From positions 32,001 through 96,000 of IMG/VR virus record IMGVR_UViG_3300035562_000082: a stretch of 64,000 bases of DNA. The stretch is one strand, 5' to 3'. The position numbers were made by a program, and so were the translations under genes. A model generated the notes under the pieces. It was given only the letters and a program-made list of their open reading frames with translations. It made no database searches and was not told the origin of the DNA. Source of the DNA: a virus (taxonomy: Duplodnaviria; Caudoviricetes). Shown piece by piece: positions 1-9,264 of this stretch (the stretch's first letter is position 1; each line of letters starts with the position of its first letter).

Positions 1-808
1 CGTCGGTGCGTTACCCGCTGGCGAAGTACGCCTCGGCCTACCGCAAGCGCTACGGCGGCTGAAATGTCTTGGGCGTTGACCAAGGACGGGGAGACCGGGC
101 GACCGGTCTACCTCTACGGGTTTACCGACGACACCAGAAAACCGATTTACTGCGGGCTGCCGAAGAACAGCATGCAGTTCGACACTGAATTTCATGCGAT
201 GACGTACGCGGCTGTTTATGCGCCGGAAACCAAGCCGGTGTTGGTATAAAGAGGGGGAGAGCATGACTTTGGAGCAGGCCAAGCAGTACCTGGGGTATAA
301 CTGGTTGTTGCATCCACGGTATAAGCTGGAGAACAACCCGTGGCACTCGATGCGCTGGAACATCGATGTGCGGATCACCTTTGCCCGGGTTCGCGCCAGA
401 CAGAAGGACGTGGCGTCACTGCGGTTGGTGTTTGCACTTCATCGCAATTTTGAACGAAAGGACGTTCATGGGCTTCCCAGACGGAGTGCGGGTCAGCGCC
501 CCGACTAGCGCTGTTGGCGCGGTGTGCGCGCAATACGGACCGATCGACATCGACCGCGTGGTGGTCCTGCGGTACCCACGTAGGCGTCTGCATCCGTGGG
601 AACATAATTGGAATTTCCGGGTGTTCTCATTCGACTTCTTTGACCTTGCGGGTCGGAACATCGCCACGTACATCCCGGATACTGGAGGCGTGGTGTTCCA
701 TGGCCCGGAGGGTCGCCTATGGGGGGATTATCCTGCGTACCTGCCGAAGAACGAGATCTGGAAACTCGAACAGGTACGGGAGTACACGCCAGGGCATGGA
801 CTCTGCGC

Positions 809-837
809 TTGACAAACGGCTGCGGTTGTGCCAGAAT
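809..837 (+). promoter_or_regulatory. sigma70-type early promoter P1
   Basis: TTGACA-17 nt-CAGAAT; shares the TTGACAAAC...TGTGCCA context with other copies. Confidence 0.8.
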
Positions 838-2113
838 AGGGGCGTGATGAAGGAGATACCATGAGCTACGTGATCTACGACAAGGACACCACGGAGATCA
901 TTCTGTGGGCGCCGTACGGTGGGGAGAAGACGTTCAAGACCAAGGCCGCTGGATTGGCGGCTAGAACCCGGATGGTGAAGGCCGGTAAGCTGAAGTTCCG
1001 CGATCGGATGTTGGATCCCGAGAAGATCGAGGTGATCGAGCGCGGAGAACTTGCGAAGATCGAGAAGCAGGAGTTGGTGACGAATCTGCTGAACGGCAAG
1101 ACCGTACTGGAGTCCGTGAACACCCCGTACTTCATGTCCGTCGGATCGGAAACCTACTGGAGTTCATGATGGCAAAGAGATACAGCGGTGTTTCGAGGCT
1201 GTACGTGTACTTGGAGGAGATGAATTTCTGGCGTGTGAAGGTGCAGAAGCTGTCACCGATTAGGATCGGGTTCCTGACTCGTGCAGATGCCGATGCCATT
1301 TACAGCCGCCTAGAAGGCGACCTGAGCCCCGAGAACCTGTGCCAGGATGGTGAGGCCAGTCCGTCGTACGTGCGGCAGCGTGGGGCGTTCCTGAGGGCCG
1401 TGGAGGCAGAGTTGAAGGCCCAGGGATTCCCGCACAAGACTGGAGGATGATGATGAGTATGGAAATGGCTCTTGCACAGGCGGGGGTGTTATGAACAAGC
1501 ATACGCCTGGGCCGTATCATCTGGTGATCACGCAGAAGAACGCCGACGGTTCTCCGCATGAGATGGAGATCCGTTCTTACGCGGTGTCGCAGAATTATGC
1601 TGTGTGGTTGGCCGAGCAGGGTAAAGAAAAATCTCCTGGTACCTGGGGCACGGTGACCATGGGCAAGTACCATCAGATGACCAACGGTTCTGGACCGACA
1701 TCTGGTCCGCAGATCCTGTTGTCGGATGAAGAGGCGTTTGCGAATGCCGAGCGTGTGCTTCTGTGCCTCAGTGTGCACGATGAACTGGTAGCGGCGTTGG
1801 AGCACTGCATCAAATGCCTTGACGTGTCGTCGTCTAGAGTAGCCGGAGGCGCGTTGAAGGAAGCTCGTGCCGCCCTTGTGAAAGCGAAGGCCAAGTGATT
1901 TGATCCCTTTGGGAGGGACGATGAAGTTCATGGTGAAGGTCAAGTTGGTGGTCGAGGCCGATAGTTCGGCCGATGCCACGAACATGGTGCTGGCGGCCAT
2001 GGCCGGGCTATGTGCTCGACCTGGAGCGGCAGGGGTTCGGATCACTGTGATCCGGGACGTGAAGGCCAAGCCCTGTAAGCCGGAAATGGCTGGCAATTGA
2101 TTGCCAGATCTGC

Positions 2114-2142
2114 TTGACAAACGTAGTGACTTGTGCCAGAAT
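2114..2142 (+). promoter_or_regulatory. sigma70-type early promoter P2
   Basis: TTGACA-17-CAGAAT; GGCAATTGATTGCC motif ends 8 nt upstream. Confidence 0.8.
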
Positions 2143-3114
2143 ACAGTTGTTGGTGGATCAAGGAGTGAGCGATGGGAATCTCGGCGCTTTACATCATGGT
2201 GGACTTTGATGGCGAGGTTGTTCGTGTGTATCCAAATCAGGAACACGAAATGACTGAACGTGCTTTCGCTGCTAAAAGAGTGGAGGGTGAAACCGCTTGT
2301 GGCAGTGTTGCTGAAGCAAAGCGTCGTGCCGAGGTATACGCGAAGAAGATGGCTGCGCGGTTCAGTTGTCAGTGGGGTTGTAACTATTGAACGGATGGTC
2401 AAGGAGTGACCATGAGCAACTGCATGACCCTCAATGAGTGGAAAGCCGAGGTCCGCAAGTTGTACCCCGGTGCGAAGTTTGAAAAGGACGCCGATGGTCA
2501 TCAGGCGTACGATGAGGATGGGATGTTCGTTGGTGACTGGACGAACCCCGGTGGTCATTACATCAGTCCCCCAATCAAGGAGTGGTGAACATGAGCTTCA
2601 AACCTGAGGTGATCGCCGATAGCAGTGGAAAATGGGTGGGCAATGCCCTACGGTTTGCCACTTACAAGGAAGCGGAGGACAACGTGGCGGATCTGTTTAA
2701 CCGCTGGATGTTGGTGCGGGAAACCCGAGTGGTTGAATCGTCCGACCCTGTGAACTACCGTTGGGTCGATGGAAAGCTGGAAGCCGTCAAGGAGTGACCA
2801 TGGGAACCTACGTTTATCGAGTAACGGCGAAGCGGGTGATTTGCAGCGACGGCAAGCCCGCGAACATCGCAAAGTACGCGTACAAGCCGTTTTGGTCCTG
2901 GGATGGTGAGAAGGCCAATGCCCGCATGGATTTCCGCAGCGGCTGCCCGGCGTCACGCCGGTTGGCCAGTGAGGGCCGGCTGACCGACCGCATCGTGTTC
3001 GAGGACAGTGATGGGAAGGTCTTCGGCAATCCCAACAACTACGGGACTTTCCATGATGCCGACGTTATCGGAACCCAGCGTATGCCGCGCCTGGAGGGCA
3101 TCACCGGCCCCAGC

Positions 3115-3143
3115 TTGACAAACTCGTGAAGTTGTGCCATACT
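3115..3143 (+). promoter_or_regulatory. sigma70-type early promoter P3
   Basis: TTGACA-17-CATACT. Confidence 0.8.
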
Positions 3144-3174
3144 GAGCATGGTTGAACGGTCAAAGGAGTGACAA

Positions 3175-3591
3175 ATGGCGTACGTAAGTCAGGAGAAGAA
3201 GAAGGAAATCCACGCGGCGCTGAAGGCCGTGTTCCCGAAGTCCTGGAGATGGTCGCTGGCGGTGAACCACGGGTCATCGTTGGTGCTGAACATCTGGAGC
3301 GCTCCGGTCGATCTGCTGGCGATGGTCAACGCCGTAGGCCAGAAGCGCGCGGAGAACTGTAATCAGCAGCATCTGTGGTCACCCAGCAGGAGCTACGCGC
3401 AGTTGAACCCCTACTATCTAGAGAACCAGTTCGAGGGCGAGGCGTTGAAGATCATGGTGAAGGCCAAGGCCCAGATGTTTGGCCACGGGTACTTCGACAA
3501 GTCCGAGCCCATGACCGACTACTTCCACTGCGCGTGGTACGTGAACATGAACCTCGGCAAGTACGACAAGCCGTTCAAGGTGGTGGCGTGA
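3175..3591 (+). CDS. Conserved phage protein, LPD29-like (large polyvalent protein-associated domain)
   Basis: N-terminal KxxIxxALKxxFP and C-terminal SEPMTDYFHCAWY pattern; strong RBS. Confidence 0.5.
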   Translation: MAYVSQEKKKEIHAALKAVFPKSWRWSLAVNHGSSLVLNIWSAPVDLLAMVNAVGQKRAENCNQQHLWSPSRSYAQLNPYYLENQFEGEALKIMVKAKAQMFGHGYFDKSEPMTDYFHCAWYVNMNLGKYDKPFKVVA

Positions 3592-3787
3592 TCAAGATCC
3601 ATCAGGAGCCGAATCCGGAGCAACCGTTTGAAAACTGCTGTTTCTGTCGGACACCTACATCGACTTGGGCAACGCAGGTGAACGTTGCGGTTTGTTTGTG
3701 CTGTTCGACGGCGTTTGCGCCTGAGGACCTGCCAACCAAGTTGGAATGGTTTACGAAGGAACGGAAGATCCGTGAGGGTCGAGGGAG

Positions 3788-4858
3788 ATGATCAAACGCC
3801 GACCGTTGTTGGCCGATCTGTTCTTGGCCACGACCAAGTCCAAGGTACAGGCGGTGGTGCCCCCTGCGTACTGGGAGACCACGCGCGACAACCTGATGTT
3901 GGCCAAGCGCTTCGTGTTCGACCATCAGGCTGCTGGTTACTGTGCGGAGCTACTGCGCAAGGCCCCGAGGGTTATCGCCGATGCCCAGGACTTTGCGATT
4001 CCGCCGTTTGAGCGTATGTACATTGAGTTCCCGTTTGACGTGTGGTACGAGACGTTGACCGGCCAGAAGCCGGACAAGACCGCAGATATTCGATTGGGGT
4101 ATCTGATCACCGGATCATTGGTTCGAGTGCTGGTGGAGTCGCCTGCTGGCCTGGGGCTGAGCCCCATCCAGTATCATTTGAATCGCCCCTGGACGTTCGA
4201 GCAAGAACAGCAGATGGCGGAGGCCGTGGGCACTAGCCGTGCGCAGTTCGATCTGTTTTTCTGGGGTGTGAGCGCCGCGCATCTGGGGACCATTCACTGT
4301 GGGGCTGACGGTAAGCATCGAGTGGCCATGGACGAATGGCAGAAGGAGGCTCTGCGGTCACTGCGGGCGAACCATAGTCTGTCGCTGCACGTGGCGGAGC
4401 GCCTACAACATCGTGTTCCTCAGATTTGGGACATGTTTTACGATGGATCGGCCGGGGATCTGCGGAATATCATCGGCCTGCTGTTGTTCATGAACCGCAC
4501 GAGCAAGACCAGGGTCGAGCGTGAGATGCCGGTCAAACAGCAGATGATCCACACCAAGCCCGTGGCGTTGTTGAAGCATCGGGTGATCACTCTACATGTG
4601 AATCCCGTGCCGAAGCTGTTGAAGCTCGCGGCCGGTGAAGGTGTGTGGCGAAGACTGCATGACGTGCGTGGGCATTTCTGCCATAATGAAGTGGCGCGGA
4701 CGAACCACCATGATCATGAATGGCAAGAGGCGGTTAGCATGTTACCGCATTTGCAGTGGTTTTGTTCATGCGGGGGTCTGCGGTGGTGGCGGCGTGAGCA
4801 TCGTCGCGGGCATGAACAACTAGGGCATATCACTAGTGTGTATGAGGTAGCTAAATGA
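3788..4858 (+). CDS. Conserved phage protein of unknown function (356 aa)
   Basis: C-terminal HDVRGH...WW...HxRG motif common in phage hypothetical proteins; RBS GAGGGAG. Confidence 0.7.
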   Translation: MIKRRPLLADLFLATTKSKVQAVVPPAYWETTRDNLMLAKRFVFDHQAAGYCAELLRKAPRVIADAQDFAIPPFERMYIEFPFDVWYETLTGQKPDKTADIRLGYLITGSLVRVLVESPAGLGLSPIQYHLNRPWTFEQEQQMAEAVGTSRAQFDLFFWGVSAAHLGTIHCGADGKHRVAMDEWQKEALRSLRANHSLSLHVAERLQHRVPQIWDMFYDGSAGDLRNIIGLLLFMNRTSKTRVEREMPVKQQMIHTKPVALLKHRVITLHVNPVPKLLKLAAGEGVWRRLHDVRGHFCHNEVARTNHHDHEWQEAVSMLPHLQWFCSCGGLRWWRREHRRGHEQLGHITSVYEVAK

Positions 4859-5078
4859 AACTGGTGTTGGTCAAGCTCTACCGTGGGCAGAAGATCGAGT
4901 GCACGCGCTGCCGGCAGATGAAACCCGACTGGCGATCGGTCGAGGAATGGAACGGCGAGTTGCTGCCCAGCGGCCCGATGTACGCGGATATGGATGGCCC
5001 GCCGCACGATGCGTACTACTGCGACCCGTGTGCTGGAATCGTGGGGAAAACCACGGGCAATCGATTGCCAATCCCCAC

Positions 5079-5106
5079 TTGACAAATCCCCTGGTTGTGT
5101 TATGCT
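5079..5106 (+). promoter_or_regulatory. sigma70-type promoter P4
   Basis: TTGACA-16-TATGCT; GGCAATCGATTGCC palindrome ends 9 nt upstream. Confidence 0.7.
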
Positions 5107-7096
5107 GGGGCTGTGGTCGAGCAACGGAGTGCGCGATGAGCCGAGCAGAGAAAGCCCTGGAGATCCTGAAGGCCGGTGGGTACTTCCGCAAGCAGTTGGA
5201 GACCCAGTACCGTGGGGGCGAGAAATTCGTCTACCGGCTGCATGCGGCGGGTGGGGCGGTTGTTCACGGCATTGGATTTCAGACCTGGGCGGCGCTGGAG
5301 AAGGCCGGTAAGTTGAAGCGGCTTCATTGCTTCCGTTCCAGTGTGTGGCCTTCCGAATGGACGGTTGCGGATGAAATCGAGGAGCTAGCATGAGCAGAGA
5401 CGAGATCTATGCGTTGGCCCAACGGATGATCCACGGATGCACGAACGGCTTTGCCCGGGCCTTGCATTACCTGAAGGCCGTGGGCGTGGGCTTGGCCGAT
5501 GCACTGGTGGTGTTGTTCAACGGGCAGGCCGTGCAAGTCTGATTCAGGCTTGACCCACGTCAAGGAGTGACGCATGGGACCGATTGCCAAGGCCGTGAAG
5601 CTGGCCATCGACATGGAGGCCGAGCACCTGTGGTCGGCGAATGTCGCGGAGGGTGCTTACAGAAATCATCGATCGCACGTCGAGACCGTGCAGGCGCCGG
5701 ATGGGTTTGATCATAGGGGCTACGCTAGTCTGGTGCGCTTTGGTAGATGCGAGCGATTCCGTCTGGTGTTGATCAAGCGCGATAACGACACGAATCACCC
5801 GATATTGCTGTGGAAGTTCGGAGATTTCGAGGAGCGGCGTTGCGGCCCTCGTCTGGGCGCTGGATTCCGCAAGGGCGAGCCACTGCGTGTGGCGATCGAT
5901 CAACTGAAGGTTTAACGTCAAGGAGTGACAAATGAGTTTGACGATCTGGAAGTACGAAATCATTCCGACGGATGCCCAAGAAATTGAGATGCCGGAGGGC
6001 GCACGTATTTTGTGCGTGCAGGTGCAGAATGACACGCCGTATATCTGGGCGTTGGTGAATCCAGCCGCAGTGAAGTGCGGGCGTCGATTGAGGATTGTTG
6101 GAACCGGGCATACAGTTTTCGGGGATCCTGGGGCGTACATCGGTACGTTTCAGTTTGCCAATGGTCTTGTTTTTCACGTGTTCGACCAAGGACAGACCGT
6201 CAAGGAGTGACGAGCATGAAGGTAGTGAAGAATTTATTTGAGGCGCATTTAGCCCAGGCTTTTCCGAAGTTGACGCGCGAGATGTCAATTGATCCGGGTT
6301 GGCCGGCAGTGCATGAAGAACTTACGGCTCAGACGTATGATGTGCTTCCGGTGTATTTCCAGCAACATATGAGCCCGGAAGATGTGTCGGTGGTGATCAT
6401 GGCCCTCGCATCGCTGGATATGGCTCGACTGGATATCCTGCTGCCCAAGGGGTTCAAGTCATGAAGAAGGATCAATTGCGAGATGTGGTCAAAGGGTTGC
6501 CCGAGGTCGTGGCGGTGTTCCGTGTGCATGACGGCGTAAAGGATTTGGAAGGCCGTGAGTACACGGCTGATGATCGGTTCGTCGGCGAATTTCAAAAGGA
6601 CACGGGTGAGATCGTGTTCTTTTCGGTCAAGCGGTTCTCGCGCGAAGTACGTTTTCATGTACGGGATGTGGAGTTCGATTGCTACAGGTTGTTGCATAAG
6701 TGGGAGTCCGGTGGATGGGAGATCGAGCACTATAACCGAGTGCTGTCGGAAATGCATACGATCAAGGTCCGGCAATGAGGTACATCCTATGGGGAGTACT
6801 GGGGGTCGGGATCCTGATGGCGTTGCTGTTTATGCTCGACGTGTGGTTGTTGGAACGGCGGTTTAACCAGCGGATTGACGAATGGCAACGGCCAAAGTGG
6901 AAGGACCAGGAACACGTATGACCCCATGGGAACTTGGGTTCGAGGACCTGAAGAGCGGTCGTCGTCGGTATTTTGCTGTACGAGTGATCGCCGGTCAGAA
7001 GGATTATCTTTGCGATGAGAGCGGGCGGGTGACCTACAGGTATTCACAGAGGCGGATGCAAGAGGTTATTGATCGGCGGAATGCCAAGGAGTGCGC

Positions 7097-7822
7097 ATGA
7101 GCGACCTGAAGTTTGAAGTTCCAACGGCCACGAAGAACGAACAACCGGGGGCGTTTAAAGACAGTACGGAATACGCACATCCGGCGTTCGGTACGATCGT
7201 GTTGACCAACCCGCAAGGTGGTGACGGTCAGTTATTTGGATCGGACTTGAAGCACGGATCGTGCTTGCGGATCGAGATCAATCGTGCGACCTTACGTCGG
7301 GACCTGAATCGTGATTGGATTCACGGTGGTGGTAGCGGAAAGATCGTGTGCGCGATCGAGATGAGTCATCATCAGTTTGCGGAGTTCATCACCAGTCAAG
7401 GCCGGGGTGGGGGTACGCCCTGTACGATTCGGTATGCTGCGGCAGATGCTACGCCGATCGAGCAGAAGCCGCACATCCTGCCCATTGAGTCCAAGGCCGA
7501 GACCATGAAGCGTGAGGTCAAGCAAATGGCGCAGAAGGGCTTGGAAGACATCTGGACGCAGATCAACCGCCTGGGTGCGCTGATTGACAGCGGAAAGATC
7601 GGTAAAGCGGAGTTGCGGGAGATTCACAAGCATCTGAAGTGGAAAGCAGAGAATCTGCCGGGCAATATGGAGTTCGTGGTCAACAGCGCACAGGAAACGA
7701 TCGAGACCGCAGCGACGGCCGCTAAGATCGACATCGAGGGCTATGTGTCGGCCACGGTCACGCGTCTTGGGCTGGAGTCCTTACAGGATCTGGCGAAGCT
7801 GACGTACGACAAGAAGGACTGA
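7097..7822 (+). CDS. Conserved phage hypothetical protein (241 aa)
   Basis: Long ORF with AAGGAG RBS; HPAFG...LFGS...RDLxRDW pattern. Confidence 0.7.
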   Translation: MSDLKFEVPTATKNEQPGAFKDSTEYAHPAFGTIVLTNPQGGDGQLFGSDLKHGSCLRIEINRATLRRDLNRDWIHGGGSGKIVCAIEMSHHQFAEFITSQGRGGGTPCTIRYAAADATPIEQKPHILPIESKAETMKREVKQMAQKGLEDIWTQINRLGALIDSGKIGKAELREIHKHLKWKAENLPGNMEFVVNSAQETIETAATAAKIDIEGYVSATVTRLGLESLQDLAKLTYDKKD

Positions 7823-8208
7823 TGATGATCAAGACCACGGGTGCGGAGTTTAAGCGGTTTTACACGGACAAGAGCTATTGGCCGGAGGGTACGTGGCACG
7901 ATGATGAGGAGATTTTGGTCGATGGCAAAGAATTTCCGCACGAGAATGACCTGATGACTGTGGCGGATGCCGCGATAATGCGTGTGGCTGCTGGGTGTGT
8001 GTACGAAGCCCAGGGTTATGAGCCGGATAATTGGCCGTCGTTGGAGGTGTATTTTCGACGGTGGTTGCGTGAACAATCGGTGGTGGTTGTGGCGGTGGAG
8101 GTTCCGAAAGACCGACTTCAACAGTTGAAGGACGGTCTCAAGGAGTTCGGCGGCAAGGTCATTGGCAATTGATTGCAAGTCCACGGTAGTACTACTGAAG
8201 GAGTCACC

Positions 8209-9264
8209 ATGGTAACGAAGAACGGCAAGGACCATCCGTTGGACGAGGGCGCGGAATCGGTCAAGCGCTTGACCAAGGACCTCAAGTTGGCGGCCAAGAA
8301 ACTGACGGACACCGAGGCCCGGTTTTTGGTCGATGGCTACTACATCATGCAGGAGAACCGCAAACGCAGCGACAACCAAGTGCGGGCGCTGGGGGAGAAC
8401 GCGGAGCCGAATTCGGTGCTGGCGTGGATGGCCGAACAGGCGGACGTGATGGAGAGCCAACTTAAACGCGCGCTCGATGCGTACACCGATGCTCATCCGA
8501 TGGGCAACTGGATGCGGCAGGTCGTGGGCATTGGGCCGGTGATCAGCGCCGGTCTGCTGGCGCACATCAGCATGGAGCCCTGGAAGTGCATGCGGCAGAA
8601 TCTGAAGAACAAGGCGTGTAAGCCCGGTGAGCCCTGTACCCCCCAATGTGGGCGGGTACCGACCACCACCACGGGCAAGATCTGGCGGTTTGCCGGGTTG
8701 GATCCGACTTCGGTTTGGGAGAAGGGCCAGAAGCGCCCGTGGAACGCCACGCTCAAGACCCTGTGCTGGAAGGCCGGGCAGTCGTTCATGAAGTTCAGCA
8801 ACCGCGAAGACTGTTTCTACGGCCAGAAGTACAAGGAGCGCAAGATCTACGAGTGGGAGCGCAATCTGAAGGGCGGGCAGGCGGTGCGCGCCACGTCGTT
8901 GCTGGAGAAGATCGGGAAGACCACTGAGGCGTATCCCTGGTTGGTTGGTTGCTATCACCCGGATGCCGTACGTGCATTGCGGACTGTCGCCGATGGGTCG
9001 TTGACGCCCCCGATGTTGGCGGCCATCAAGCTCAAGCCCGGTGAGGGCGTGCCGATGCTTCCACCCGGGCACATCGATGCCATGGCCCGTCGATGGGCGG
9101 TGAAGCTGTTTCTCGCGCACCTGCATGATGCGTGGTTCGAAGGTCACTTCGGGAAGAAGCCGCCGCTGCCGTATCCCATTGCGTTCCTGGGTCATGCGGA
9201 TGTGATCAAGTCGCCGATCGCCGCCCCGAAGTCCTGGGCGGAGGAGCGGCCGGCGGCGGAGTAA
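8209..9264 (+). CDS. TIGR-associated Tas protein, TasA-like (coiled coil plus IS110/Nop RNA-binding domain, no RuvC/HNH)
   Basis: IS110 C-terminal/Nop motifs VVGIGPVISAGLLA, IWRFAGLDP, KRPWNATLKTLCW, HIDAMARRWAVKLFLAHL; no N-terminal DEDD/RuvC domain; stop codon overlaps the first repeat of a 36-nt dual-repeat array; RBS AAGGAG before ATG 8209. Confidence 0.85.
   Translation: MVTKNGKDHPLDEGAESVKRLTKDLKLAAKKLTDTEARFLVDGYYIMQENRKRSDNQVRALGENAEPNSVLAWMAEQADVMESQLKRALDAYTDAHPMGNWMRQVVGIGPVISAGLLAHISMEPWKCMRQNLKNKACKPGEPCTPQCGRVPTTTTGKIWRFAGLDPTSVWEKGQKRPWNATLKTLCWKAGQSFMKFSNREDCFYGQKYKERKIYEWERNLKGGQAVRATSLLEKIGKTTEAYPWLVGCYHPDAVRALRTVADGSLTPPMLAAIKLKPGEGVPMLPPGHIDAMARRWAVKLFLAHLHDAWFEGHFGKKPPLPYPIAFLGHADVIKSPIAAPKSWAEERPAAE

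Larger units (their letters stand above)
64..8172 (+). other. Phage early region: about 25 short, tightly packed co-oriented hypothetical ORFs (e.g. 861-1169, 1491-1898, 2800-3129, 5136-5393, 5574-5915, 5932-6210, 6461-6778, 7822-8172)
   Basis: Abutting or overlapping ATGA/TGATG junctions, strong AAGGAG RBSs, four repeated sigma70 promoters. Confidence 0.8.

Noticed and set aside
8209-9264. Active IS110 transposase / insertion sequence
   Set aside because: Lacks the N-terminal DEDD/RuvC catalytic domain and is followed by a multi-unit array rather than a single bridge RNA.
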